A DNA stretch of 64,000 bases from Dendrobates tinctorius (lineage: Eukaryota). Positions 28,601 through 55,995 of this stretch are shown piece by piece. The stretch covers positions 5,394,001-5,458,000 of the forward strand of contig NW_027361898.1 in the NCBI RefSeq assembly GCF_039654945.1, read 5' to 3'. Position 1 is the stretch's first letter; each line of letters begins with the position of its first letter. The notes below the pieces were generated by a model. The model searched no databases. It worked only from the letters and a program-made list of their open reading frames with translations, and was not told the origin of the DNA. The position numbers and the translations under genes are program-made.

Positions 28601-31600
28601 TAATCAGAACCTCCCACTCCCGTCTTCAAGACTATACACGTGCTGCGCCAATTCTTTGGAATGCACTTCCCAGGTCAATACGATTAGTCCCCAATCCCCA
28701 CAATTTTCAGCGTGCCCTGAAAACGCATTTATTCAGACTGGCCTATCGCCTCAACACATTAATCTAATCTATCCCTGTGTGGCACAGCCAAAAGTTTTTT
28801 ACCATAACCAGGTTCCCCGCATCATGTTCCCACATGCTTTATGCATCTATTAGCCCTCTGCATGACTGTTACACACTTAACATTATGGCTGGTCCAAACA
28901 ATCAGGGCAATTGTTACCACCCACCTTTCGTGTCTCCCCTTTTTTCCTCATAGATTGTAAGCTTGCGAGCAGGGCCCTCATTCCTCTTGGTATTTGTTAT
29001 GATCTATGTGATTATTGTTATGCTGTAATGTCTATTATCTGTACAAGTCCCCTCTGAAATGTAAAGTGCTGCGGAATATATCAGCGCTATAGAAATAACA
29101 TTTATTATTATTATTATTATGTGCTGGAAGGCAGCTGACTGACACTGAGCGATAGACAATTCTAGAAAAAGTCTAATAGTACTGTCCTGTTATGATCGCA
29201 CTATAGAAGGAGATCGCCTTCACTTATCCTGGCATGACCCAATGGTGTAGTATACAAGGGGGTGGTTATGCAAGAGGGCATTCTGGTAGGAAGATGTTAT
29301 CTCTTATTGTTCCCGCTCCACCCACTGGGAACCCCTCATTGATCTAAGAAACCCTGGACAGGTTACTCCAAAACTATAAATTTACTTTGGTCCAGCTCCA
29401 TACCACTCATTAATATCACTGTATGGTCCATTCATGTCAGCACCACATGGTGGTATTATTGGTGCACGTTATGTATGTTGGCATTACTAAGCTCCACCCT
29501 GTAATATATGGATTGAATAAAACTTACCGAATATTAGCGGTGTGCAGGAATCGACACAGGGCAGCCAGGTACTGATCACACTGAGGATCCTTTATTAAAG
29601 CCTCCACCAATTCTTCACATTGACTCTGAACTTCGCCCATCAACAGGGCGACGCATTCCTGCACCTCGTCTGGCAACGGGGAGAGGAGCCGGGGCAAGAG
29701 CCTGTCCATGACTAGTGTCTTAATCGCTAGCTCTTCTGTCACCATTAGGGGCCTGCCAGAACAAGCAGACGATATGTTTGGATTTTAAAGAGTAACTCCA
29801 CTCAGAATATATAATCTCCCTGTTTTTTTCCATAATAAGGGGCGGCAACCTCATGTAAAATCATCTAGGTTGGTTATAGCTCTATAGACTTTGATGGGCA
29901 ATATATTATAAGTCGGAGGTTGAAACAGCTGGAGAACTTTGCCCACTTAAGGTGCCAGGTTCACATCTCATTGAAGACTTTCCCTCTTAGTTTCCATTGA
30001 CAGGGAAAAAAAGTACTGCAAGAAGTGCAATTTATTTCATGAAGATGGTGTTCTGCCATGGCAGAGCCAGATAGACCCCAATATGAGTCAGTGGAGTCTG
30101 ACAGGTGCTGCTGTTTTGCATAGAGCAAGGATCCGGCCCCGGGTTGCGATATCTGCGCAGAAAATCCACAGCGTAAAACAATACCAGCTAAGGAGATAAG
30201 GCTTCAATGCACATTGTGGACATTTTTTCCACGTAATTTGTGTGGTCCGGAATCATCCAATCCCCATGTTAAAAAAATAAACAATATATATATATATAAA
30301 AATATATATATTTGCAAATATGAACATTCAATTTCTGCATTGGTGTCAGTCTTGTGTGGAGAGATAATGAGGTGTGACAGCAGAAATTTAAGAAAATTTG
30401 GGGGGCATGTGGGCACCCCCATTATCCAGCACCTTTGGGGGCCCCCTCATCCAGCGCCTTTGGGCGCCCCCATTATCCAGCGCCTTTGGGTGCCCCCATC
30501 ATCCAGCACCTTTGGGCACCCCATCATCCAGCACCATTGGGGGCCCCCATTATCCAGCACCTTTGGGCACCCCCTCATCCAGCGTCTTTGGGCGCCCCCA
30601 TTATCCAGCACCTTTGGGGGGGGCATTATCCAGCACCTTTGGGCACTCCCATTATCCAGCGTCTTTGGGCACTCCCATTATCCAGCACCTTTGGGCACCC
30701 CCATTATCCAGCACCTCTGGGCACCCCCTCATCCAGCGTCTTTGGGCGCCCCCATTATCCAGCACCTTTGGGCACCCCCTCATCCAGCACCTTTGGGCAC
30801 CCCCATTATCCAGCACCTTTGGGCGCCCCCATTATCCAGCACCTTTGGGCGCCCCCATTATCCAGCACCTTTGGGCGCCCCCATTATCCAGCACCTTTGG
30901 GGGGGGGCATTATCCAGCACCTTTGGGCACTCCCATTATCCAGCACCTTTGGGCACCCCCATTATCCAGCACCTCTGGGCACCCCCTCATCCAGCGTCTT
31001 TGGGCGCCCCCATTATCCAGCACCTTTGGGCACCCCCTCATCCAGCACCTTTGGGCACCCCCATTATCCAGCACCTTTGTGCACCCCCATTATCCAGCAC
31101 CTCTGGGCACCCCCTCATCCAGCGTCTTTGGGCGCCCCCATTATCCAGCACCTTTGGGCACCCCCATTATCCAGCACCTTTGGGCGCCCCCTCATTAGTT
31201 GCAATTTTAGCAGTGAACTAAAATGTCGATGGGACAAATTTGCTGCCTACTCCTAGATAAACTGGGAGTGAGAATGGCAACTGTACGGGTTGTCAGCCAG
31301 CTTTCCTAGACTTCTGAATGGCAAACCTGCAAAATTAGGCAGGATAGCTGTTCAGTAATCTAGGAACGCTCAATGACAACCCTTAGAGGAGCAACAATGG
31401 AGATTATACTTGTTGTCAGAAATAAAAAATATAGAGATAAAGAAGCAAAAGATGAATCAGAGCAAAACAAGGAAGAATGGCCGTTCAGGAAGCTAGAAAA
31501 GCTCACTGACAACACTTATAGAAACAATAATGGAGGTCTAACTGGTTGTCACACAGCTTTCTCAGACTCCTGAATGGTACATTTACCTGCTACCGGTAGT

Positions 31601-32078
31601 TAAGAAATCAATTTCCTACAGGAACAGTTGGAGTCCTCACTACCATGCTATCATATATCTAAAGCAATACTTCCGAAATTCCCGTAATCTGACATTAATG
31701 GTAATAGATTACCAGATATTCCAGATTATGGGGGTAGAGGGATGTCTTTATTTTCTTCCTGGTTTTTCAGTTTGGTGAAATCCGCAATATGGCAGATTAG
31801 TAGAATTCCCTCTATTTGCCGTATAGCTGGGGCAGGTGTAATAAGCGGCACAGTATGGGCTGATGTGATGGGACTTCTTACCTGTGTCCTCCGTGCCCCC
31901 GGGCTGATGAGACGTTTTGTGGCTCTGCTGCACTTTTCCTTCCAAGATCAATGAGTTTTCCTTGAGCTTCTCCAATCAGCGGTGAGGACCGTCCTCCAGG
32001 AGGCAGGGAGCAGCCACCGGTTACTGCGTTCTCCACACACCCCAAATAGTGGGGCTGCCCTCCTCGTACCACCTCCAT
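10695..32078 (-). CDS. Uncharacterised protein of about 1062 aa: ARM/HEAT-like repeats, three fibronectin type III domains, Ser/Arg/Lys-rich tail
   Basis: 17 exons with AG/GT and continuous phase: 32078-31882, 29752-29528, 24048-23868, 22371-22140, 21845-21751, 21458-21262, 20951-20873, 18286-18108, 15279-14578, 13081-12905, 12833-12761, 12586-12452, 12042-11840, 11680-11604, 11507-11310, 11025-10914, 10821-10695 (3189 nt). ARM-like helix motifs [48 protein letters not shown]; FN3 motifs RLSWNPP...[11 protein letters not shown] and FITWEGP...[11 protein letters not shown]. First and tail exons are less certain than exons 2-9. Confidence 0.85.
15394..15737. mobile_element. MITE, PIF/Harbinger (Tourist)-like
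   Basis: TIRs GGCCCTGTGCACACGGTGCG / CGCACCGTGTGCACATAGCC, TTA duplication. Confidence 0.85.
17338..17638. mobile_element. TTAA-flanked hairpin MITE (T2/Kolobok-like)
   Basis: TTAA-AGGGG...ACCCT-TTAA ends with internal inverted symmetry. Confidence 0.65.
18437..19158. repeat. 30-bp minisatellite with a 360-bp higher-order duplication
   Basis: CAAGACCC...TGTACC units every 30 bp; the same variant unit occurs at 18481 and 18841. Confidence 0.9.
19159..20152 (-). mobile_element. Truncated Tc1 element (one TIR plus transposase C-terminal fragments)
   Basis: TA-CAGTGGGTGTGGAAAGTATTCAGACCC terminus; [16 protein letters not shown] on the minus strand. Confidence 0.88.
22645..23775. repeat. Tandem repeat, about 86-99 bp unit (CAGCAGAATAGTGAGTGCAGCTCTGGAGTATAATACAGGATGTAACTCAGGATCAG...)
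   Basis: About 12 direct copies with two length variants. Confidence 0.93.
24657..25530. repeat. 34-bp GC-rich near-perfect minisatellite, about 25 copies
   Basis: Unit ACACCGGAGAGGGGGCGATGGGGCCGGTCGTTCT. Confidence 0.97.
26070..29119 (+). mobile_element. L2-clade LINE, 5'-truncated, frameshifted ORF2 (APE fragment plus RT)
   Basis: [40 protein letters not shown] motifs; (TTA)n 3' tail. Confidence 0.93.
30410..31195. repeat. Minisatellite, about 23-25 bp (CCCCATTATCCAGCACCTTTGGGC)
   Basis: More than 30 direct copies. Confidence 0.93.
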
Positions 32079-33480
32079 CTACTACCACAGGTGTCAATCA
32101 TTATGGCTCCTAGACAGGTTGTCACCCAGCTTTCCCAGACTCCTGATTGACAAATATAAAAAAAAAGAGCAATACGCTTTAGGAAATTGTAAGATTGCTA
32201 AGTCGTGGTCTCATGAGAATCTAAAATCCGAACAGGCTGGATATTAACGCATCCACACTCACTATGCCCAGCTGCAAGTTTAGAAAATATTGCAGCAACA
32301 AAATTCTAATGCTAGGGATCTAGAAAAGCTGGGTGACCATCCTATGGGAAGAATATTACAATTTTATACCAGTTGTCATCCAGCTTTCCCAGACTCTTGC
32401 CTAGTTATACAGAGATATAACACCAAGGGATGCATCAGAGCAAAACTAGGCAGGATAGCCATGCTGGCTGGAATCTAGGAAAGCTCACTGACAACCCTAA
32501 TGGGAGCAATAATGGATTATACTGGTTTTCAGCCAGCTTTCCCAGACTCCTGAATGGTAAACCTGTCTAATTAAACAGTGGGACAGAAAAAAAAGAGATA
32601 TATCAGAGCAATACTAAGCAGGATAGCCATGCTGGGAATATAGGAAAGCTCAATGACAACCCTTATGGGAGCAATAACAAATTATACTGGTTGTCAGCCA
32701 GCTTTCCTAGTCTCCCGAATGGTAAGCCTGTCTTGTTAAACAGTGGTACAGCAAAAAAAGATATATCAGAACAAAACTAAGGAGGATAGCCATGCTAGAA
32801 TCTAAGGCTGAGTGCACACATACATTTTTGCCCTGCGGATTTTTCCGCGCAGAATTGAAGAAATCCGCAGGTTTTTGTGCGGTTTCCCCCCTGCGGATTT
32901 GGAGAATGGAGCAGGTGGAAAACCGCACAAAAGAAGTAACATGCTGCGGATTTTGCACCGCAGGAAAACCGCGCGGAAAAATCTGCAGCGTCTGCACAGC
33001 GGTTTTTTTCATTGATTTTAAGGCTACTGTACATCACAATGCGGATATGCAACGTTTCTGCTCGGTAAAATCCGCTGCAAATCTGCATCGTGTGCACACA
33101 GCCTAAGAAAGCTCAATGACAACCCTTATGGGAGCAAAATTTGAAGTTATTCTAGTTGTCAGACAGCTTTTCCAGACTCCTGAATGACAAACCTGCTAAG
33201 GTACAGGAAAAATATAAATATGAGCTATTATCAGAGCAAAACTAGGCAGGATACCCTCTCCAAAAATCCAGGAAATCTCAATTACACTAATGGTGGTTAT
33301 TCTGGTTGTCAGACAGCTTTTCTAGACTCCTGAATGGTAAACCTATCTAGTTTAGAGATATAAAAGCAAGGAAACTAGGCAGGATAGCTGTGCAGGAATC
33401 CAGGAAAGCTCAATAACATCCTTCTGGTATCAATTATGGTGGCTGTACTAGTTGTCACCCAGCTTTCCCAGATTCCTGAA
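31285..33480. repeat. Degenerate tandem array of hairpin-forming units surrounding the first coding exon of the ARM-FN3 gene
   Basis: Recurrent GGTTGTCAGCCAGCTTTCC(C/T)AGA paired with inverted TAGGAAAGCT...TGACAACC. Confidence 0.75.
32806..33103. mobile_element. MITE, PIF/Harbinger-like, related to 15394-15737
   Basis: GGCTGAGTGCACAC / GTGTGCACACAGCC termini, TAA duplication, shared internal GCAGGTGGAAAACCGCA. Confidence 0.85.
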
Positions 33481-33599
33481 TGTGACATCCGCCTACTCAT
33501 AGGGAAAAAATGTGTAATTTTACTACAGAACATGAGGGGGATAAGCATGGATGTGATATGGCGTTTAGCAGGCATCGCGCCCCTGTCCTACTAATTACA

Positions 33600-34064
33600 T
33601 GGGGACGATTACATGATATCAGCCAGGTGATAATTGACGGTCGGCTGATGTACAAGGAGGATCATCTGTGCCTGCCCCATCATCAGAAAAAAGCTTACAG
33701 AAATGCCAGCTCCTGCTGCAGGGATAACCCCACATAGATGATTGGGACTGATTAAAAGCTGCACAATTTTTTTACAAAAAAGTTTGGCAGATGTGAATGC
33801 AACCCTAGAGTATGAAAAGTCGCATGGCAAATGTGTGCGGGAAGGAGGGAAATAGACAGAAACCTCACCATCTGATCCATCACTGACCACAACCCCCATT
33901 CTCTAGAGACGGCCAGGGTCCCCCGCGATACAAAAGCTCCGCTGCCTTCCTAGTGTAATTACATCTCGTGACTAAAGGGTTAATCCTGCAGTCTCCTCCC
34001 AGGGCTGATCACTCCCATCATGGCCTCCCTCCTGCTGCAGGAAGTGATCCTGTAGTCAGTCACC
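33600..34064. promoter_or_regulatory. Candidate bidirectional promoter for PAXX and the ARM-FN3 gene
   Basis: Unique sequence between divergent start codons; ETS-like CAGGAAGTG at 34038-34046; possible minus-strand donor GTAAGC at 33698. Confidence 0.45.
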
Positions 34065-34506
34065 ATGGCCGCAGAGGCCTGGTCCTCCCTGTGCGGTGTG
34101 AGCCATGCTGGCCAGCGGTACCTGTGCCTGAGCAAGATCCAGCCTGGCACCAGCACCAGGATCCAGTGAGTGACCTCCACACAGGGGGGCGGCCAGAAGA
34201 GGGAGGAAGGGGTACAGATGGTTAACTATTGCTGCCCCAAGTCCTTGCCGAAAAAAAAGCACAAAGAGTTAAGTCGGGGATATCCCTGGCACCCACATAC
34301 AATGTATAGAAGTTCTAGTGTAGGTGACTTTTACCGCACAACAAAAACAACAACAAAGAATAGGAAGAACTAAAAAAATTATGGCTCACCGAAGAAAAGG
34401 AGGAATAAAGCGAAAGAACAAAAAATGAAGTGGATATTATGGGGTTAAAAATCGACTGCATAAGGGCACCCCAGCTCCTTATCATGTCAGTGTTTGTGTG
34501 TATGTA

Positions 34507-34542
<36 letters not shown>

Positions 34543-37500
34543 CTGTACGTATTGATAGGTAACTGGATCGAGGGGTCTCAATCAAAGGGTTAGACAGCCA
34601 GGAGTTGATGGTGTAGGAGTAGTACGGTACGACCTAGGCTGTCCCATGCCCTGCCGCTGGCATTAGTCACCTGTGATGTGACGGTCTGTAGTATAGCGCA
34701 GATTGCAAGGCGTCTGTAGGGCAGTGCTGCCTGAGGAGAAAATATAGAAAAGAGCAAGGTGCAACCTCTGCCCAGTGTTTGGGCACCCTCCTGTGTGAGG
34801 TATAGTTATCCCCACACTATATGGCCATATGACGGTGCTGGGCACCACCAGGTGCCTCTGTCCTGTGTGCGGCCATTAAATGTATAGTGTATATCTGCAG
34901 ACGTTATGTAATCTTCTCCTCTCTGCACAGCGTGACTAACGCCAATGAAGTGTGGAGGACGGACCCCCTAGAGGAGGCTCTGGAGGACTGGGTAAGGTGG
35001 ACGTATTTCACCCATTCTATTACCCCATGTTGGTCACGTGGCACAGGTGACATCCCTGTCCTCCAGTAATGAAGTCATCGTGGAACACTCGAGTGGTATC
35101 CCACTTTTCTTCACATGTGACTTCTGTATTCCAGGACGTGGTCCGTAATGTAACATCTCACGATCTGGTGGAGAACTTGAGGTAAGTTCTTATTAACCAT
35201 TAGCTAAAGCACCTGAGAAGACAATGGGGTACAGTGGTGGTATTTCTTGAGTGGGTGGTTGGCACAGTCTTGGTGGTAGTACTTTATTGAGGTTTGTTAG
35301 TTACCACAGTCTTGGTGATAGTACGGCATTTGGGTTTGTTGTCACGGTCTTGGTGGTAATGCTATATGGGGGCATGGTATTTAGCACAGTCTTGGTGGCA
35401 GTTCTGTATTAGGGCTCAGCAGTTGCCACAGCAGTCTGGATGGTAGTACATTACTAAGGTTTAGTGGTTGGCACAGTCTTGGAAGTAGTACAGTACTGAA
35501 ATTTGGTGGTTGGCACAGTCTTGATGGTAGGGCACTGTAATTCGGTGATTGGCATGGTCTTGGTGATAGTACTGTTTTGGGGCTCTGTAGTTGGCACAGT
35601 TTTAATAGTACTGTATTGGGGTTTGGTGGTTGGCACAGTCTTGGTAATAGTGCTGTATTGGGGCATTGGTGGTTGGTACAGTTTGTAGTATGGTAGTGGA
35701 ATTTGATGATTAGTGGTAGAACTGTATTGGGGTTTGGTAGTTGGCCCAAATTTGGTGGTAGTACTGTATTGATGCTTGGTAGTTGGCACAGATTTGGTGG
35801 TAGTGCTGTATTGATGCTTGGTAGTTGGCACAGATTTGGTGGTAGTACTGTATTGATGCTTGGTAGTTGGCCCAAATTTGGTGGTAGTACTGTATTGATG
35901 CTTGGTAGTTGGCACAGATTTGGTGGTAGTACTGTATTGATGCTTGGTAGTTGGCACAGATTTGGTGGTAGTACTGTATTGATGCTTGGTAGTTGGCACA
36001 GATTTGGTGGTAGTACTGTATTGATGCTTGGTAGTTGGCACAGATTTGGTGGTAGTACTGTATTGATGCTTGGTAGTTGGCACAGATTTGGTGGTAGTAC
36101 TGTATTGATGCTTGGCAGTTGGCACAGATTTGGTGGTAGTACTGAATTGATGCTTGGCAGTTGGCACAGATTTGGTGGTAGTACTGTATTGATGCTTGGT
36201 AGTTGGCACAGATTTGGTGGTAGTACTGTATTGATGCTTGGTAGTTGGCACAGATTTGGTGGTAGTACTGAATTGATGCTTGGTAGTTGGCACAGATTTG
36301 GTGGTAGTACTGTATTGATGCTTGGTAGTTGGCACAGATTTGGTGGTAGTACTGTATTGATGCTTGGTAGTTGGCACAGATTTGGTGGTAGTACTGTATT
36401 GATGCTTGGTAGTTGGCACAGATTTGGTGGTAGTACTGTATTGATGCTTGGTAGTTGGCACAGATTTGGTGGTAGTACTGAATTGATGCTTGGTAGTTGG
36501 CACAGATTTGGTGGTAGTACTGTATTGATGCTTGGTAGTTGGCACAGATTTGGTGGTAGTACTGAATTGATGCTTGGTAGTTGGCACAGATTTGGTGGTA
36601 GTACTGTATTGATGCTTGGTAGTTGGCACAGATTTGGTGGTAGTACTGTATTGATGCTTGGTAGTTGGCACAGATTTGGTGGTAGTACTGTATTGATGCT
36701 TGGTGGTTGACCGTGTTTTGGCCAGTTGGTAGGAACTTTTTCTCTTGGGTCTCTGTGACTGGCACAGTATTTCTGTGAGCCGAACTTCATGGGTTTCGGA
36801 CCTCTTGTTTTGTGGATTTGGAGTCTGAAACAGCTGTAAAACACTGAGAATAATTTAATATGGAAGGAATTCAGGCATCCATGTAGTTTTCTTATCTATG
36901 ACAATTTTTGTATTATGGGTCCCCAACTTATGGCCCTAAATATGAAATTGCCAGAGGTGTAATTGTGCCCTGTGAAAAATGATATATTTCCCCCATATTT
37001 TATGTCTTCATGCAGGGAGAAGTTCCAGAGGAGCGCTCCGGTTCTGGACCTTCAGGGCAGCATTGCAAACATGTCCTTCCAGGTGGATTCTGAGAAGGTT
37101 TCTCTGGACCTCTTAAAGGCTCCGGTCTCTGAGGCGCGAGCCCTGGTGCAGGAGGTGTTATTTGACTTGTCAGATCGTGTGACAAGTTTGGAGGGGCTTC
37201 TTAAAGGTATAGATAGATCTGTCTACTACACTCATAGCCGGAGCTGCATTCCTCATTCTGCTAGGTTCTTATTTACCTTCCAGCTGAGGTATGTCAGAGT
37301 GCGCCCCCTGCTGATCCAGAGTCCATATAGAGACTGATTTGATGGTGTGTTCTCTAAAAGGTGCACTATTTACACCAGAAGTATGAATGCTGCTCTGGAG
37401 TAAAAGCTGTGATGTCATTTAGTATTTGTAAACTCCATTTTTTTTTTTTTTTAGAGCAAGTGGACAGCGCTGCTACAGCAGTCAGCCCAGTTAAGCAATC

Positions 37501-37847
37501 TCAGAAGAACAATCAGCTCCTTATTCCAGGTGGGTGAATATCTGGTAAAATGTATATATTTTTGGATAAATGCCAGACAAGTTTTTTTTTAATTATTTTA
37601 TTTGTGTTCACAGATCTTAATGCTCGAAAGAAAGGTTATGGGGGGTCCTCATCACAGGTGAAGAAGAGGCGTCCTGGGGAGTCGCTCATCAATCCTGGCT
37701 GTAAAAGGTACCCCCCCATTCTTTAAACTGCAGGCTGTATTCAGTGAAAACAGATTTGGACTTCACCTTATATTGAATAATAATACTATTGTGATATCTC
37801 TTTGTAGGAAAAAGGCAGCCAAGGGGGTCGACTTTGATGAATCCTGA
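34065..37847 (+). CDS. PAXX: PAXX, non-homologous end joining factor (paralog of XRCC4 and XLF), 202 aa
   Basis: Exons 34065-34165, 34931-34991, 35135-35181, 37016-37206, 37455-37529, 37614-37707, 37808-37847 (609 nt); VTNANEVW in the head domain; C-terminal RRPGESLINPGCKRKKAAKGVDFDES matches the PAXX Ku-binding tail; tail-to-tail with CLIC3 as in human. Confidence 0.94.
35230..36710. repeat. 42-bp minisatellite in PAXX intron 3
   Basis: Unit TGGTGGTAGTACTGTATTGATGCTTGGTAGTTGGCACAGATT; degenerate on the left, homogeneous from about 35740. Confidence 0.95.
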
Positions 37848-39596
37848 GGACTTCATAGAGGAGGATGACACCATGTTAGGCTGACGGCAACCATTTTGTG
37901 AACGCCTGCAGAATGTGGCCTCTCTATGCGAAAAAAACCCCCTGTTATTCGAAGAAATGAAAATGTGGCATGGCGATGTATGATTGCTGGCGGCTCACAG
38001 GAAAATTGTGGTATTGCTGCAACCTGCGTGTTTTATTAGAGAAGATACAAGTCAAATGCAAGAACTTCAATATGGACGTCCCTGACACGTGAAGCATTAA
38101 CGTTGTTATATTGCCTCATTTTTCCTTTATATGCTACAAAAAAATCACCATGGAGGTTTTGTATGAACACTTAAGTTAGCCATTGTAAATGTGCTGGTCA
38201 TAACATTGAGCGGGTGTCACATAATTGTCATGACATACAGGTAAATGTGAAGAAGTTACTATGGCTGCCGCAATGAAAAGGCTTTATGTCTTTTTCCAAA
38301 TTGTGTGTAAAAATATGGCAAAATTGGAACAAGTGACATCATATTGTTAGATGCTGTTTTAGCCTACAAAATGGCCACTGTCCTTCTTGTGAGGAAACTC
38401 CACTACTGCAGTCACGAAATGGAGCTGTCCAGGGCAGCTAGTCACATTGCTTCTTTCATTTTATATGTTGTGCTAAAAAATGCTAGGTGCACTGTCATTG
38501 GTTACTATGGGTAGTCGCAGCAACTACATTTACTGGGGCCTAGTTTGTACTGGTATAGTCTGAATCACAATCAACAGCACCACCTACAGGTGGGTCCGTC
38601 ATACTGCAATATTGGAAAATCGGAATTTACTCTTGGTCATTTTACGACTCAATCATGTGACTTTTTTTTAACTGTTTATTTACAATGATACATTTATCAA
38701 GCATAAAGTTTAAATAAATTCCATTAACATCAATACACAATTTTATTTTTTTGATGATTTTAGGGATATAGTTCAGTTGCAGCAGAGAAGCGTTTGAACA
38801 ATTTTGCCCACCTTGGGATTCGTGACTCCTCTAAACTACCCTGAAATCTTACTCTCTTATATTGGGCTGCCATTAAATAACTTATACCTTCAGAAAGTAA
38901 CGGCGGGGGCTGTGGTTTAGTGATGTCGGACATTTTGTAATTAGGGCCATCAGATTGCAGCCATTCATATTTTAGCCTCTTGTTGTTTCACTTCAACATA
39001 ACAAGGCCACTGTGCATAAGCCACAAATTCAAGATGGCCCCTCGACGCGCGAGTAGGCCCCTCGACACACGAGTAGGTCGCCATTTTGACAAATTGGAAT
39101 CTAACAACAAGAGAACTAAAATGGCTGCCAGTAATATTGTGCAGAAATACAACCTTAAAATATGTATTTTATGATCGATTTTATTAAAAAAAAAAAAAAA
39201 ATTGCAATAATATGTCTTAGACACCTTTGTCTGAGCTATGCAGTTTGCTGTTCCTCTGTTTTTCCACCTGGAAGCGTAAGAATAAATGTAGAACTGGGAA
39301 TTACCATTTCTCACGTGTCAGTGCTTGTTAGACAACATCTGACGGTATGGGGATCCGTTACACTGAAGAGGAGAATAATAGCGCTCAATTGTCAGACATT
39401 TTCAGGAGGAGTAACAGAGGAATGACACGATGGTGAACCTGGGAACACCTGTAATGGCCTCGGGCGACGTCAGCGTCCTGTAGGGTGTCGTAATGTCCTC
39501 ACACATAATGATGGCTTAATGGCTGTTCAGTTCTACTTGGCGCAGATTAAGCAGCAGGGAAATTTTTTGTGTGTGGAAAGTGAAGTCCGTCCAGGT

Positions 39597-54446
<14,850 letters not shown>

Positions 54447-55059
54447 TGTGGAGAATGTGTCGCTGACGCCGTGGAGGGTCCCCTGGTGTCTGCCGCAGTC
54501 TTCCACGTCCTGATCGTCACTCAGACTATGCAGGTGTGATCTTCGCCTCTGGTTTTCTCTGCGATTGAAGCGACACTCCCTTTCCAATAAAGCTGCACAA
54601 ACTGCATTCCTCCATGACACACGTCAGGCAGAGATGCTTTTCCTGACACTTCATGTCCTAATACACATATGACCCTCCTAAATCATTCATTACAGTCATA
54701 CATTATCTCCTGACCACCCAAATACTGGTCATCCCGGCGCACATTCCCGCCCCGTGTGCTCTGAAACCTGCTTGTGTCCGTGCTAAGTGGTGGATCCACA
54801 AAACTAGAATTGGTGTGTACAGTGTGTGTCAACTGTGAGCAATGCAGAACAATCCATGTCATGACGACGGGAGGCATGTAGAAATGGGAAGGAAAGAGCA
54901 CGATCTTCTGATCTGCATGTGCACTGAGCGTGCTAAACACAGCACCCTTGGCCTGATACCAGAAAGGTCCCACATAGCACTGAATTCTCGGTACAGAGCA
55001 GGCAGCCAGACATCCAAAACCTCCTGCCCAGACATAAAATAATTATCAAAATTCTGGCT

Positions 55060-55995
55060 TCCTGTAGCCACCACTAGAGGGAGCGCCCTATATACAGAGA
55101 TACGTAAGATAAGATCCTGTCTGCAGTCACCACTAGGGGGAGCTCCCTGTACACAGAGATACATAAGATAAGATCCTGTCTGCAGTCACCACTAGGGGGA
55201 GCTCCCTTTATACAGATATATATGATAATATCCTGTTTGCAGTCACCACTAGGGAGGTCACTGTACACAGAGATATATGATAAAATTCTGTCTGCAGCTA
55301 CCGCTAGGGAGAGCTCCCTGTACACAGAGATGCATGATAAGATTCTGTCTACAGCCACCACTAGAGGGAGCTCCCTGTATACAGAGATACATGACAAGAT
55401 TCTGTCTACAGCCACCACTATGGGGAGGTCACTGTATACAGAGATACATGATAAGATTCTGTCAGCAGCCACCACTAGGGGGAGCTCCCTGTATACAGAG
55501 ATACATAAGATCCTGTCTGCAGCCACCGCTAGAGGGAGCTCTGTTTATACAGATATATATGATAATATCCTGTTTGCAGCCACCACTAGGGGGAGCTCAC
55601 TGTACACAGAGATATATAAGATTCTGTCTGCAGCTACCACTAGGGAGAGCTCCCTGTATACAGAGATACATGATAAGATTCTGTCAGCAGCCACCACTAG
55701 GGGGAGCTCCCTGTATACAGAGATAAATGATAAGATTCTGTCAGCAGCCACCACTAGGGGGAGCTCACTGTATACAGAGATAAATGATAAGATTGTCAGC
55801 AGCCACCACTAGGGGGAGCTCCCTGTATACAGAAATACATGATAAGATCCTGTCTGCAGTCACCGCTAGAGGGAGCTCCCTGTATACAGAAATACATGAA
55901 AAGATCCTGTCAGCAGCCACCACTAGGGGGAGCTGCCTGTACACCTAATACCAGTATGCATCAAGTTCTCTGAACTCCCCCTAGTGATGGCTACA
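55060..55995. repeat. Second CTCF-like-motif tandem array (about 14 copies) plus one inverted copy near 55975-55995
   Basis: Same unit family as 42685-43965, more diverged. Confidence 0.9.

Noticed and set aside
30214-31256. Pro/His-rich ORFs
   Set aside because: Minisatellite artefact.
35381-36844. Mucin-like and Gln/Tyr-rich ORFs
   Set aside because: 42-bp intronic repeat, open on both strands, no splice or domain support.
54447-54620. In-frame N-terminal extension of CLIC3
   Set aside because: No upstream in-frame ATG; ATG at 54446 gives the standard CLIC N-terminus.
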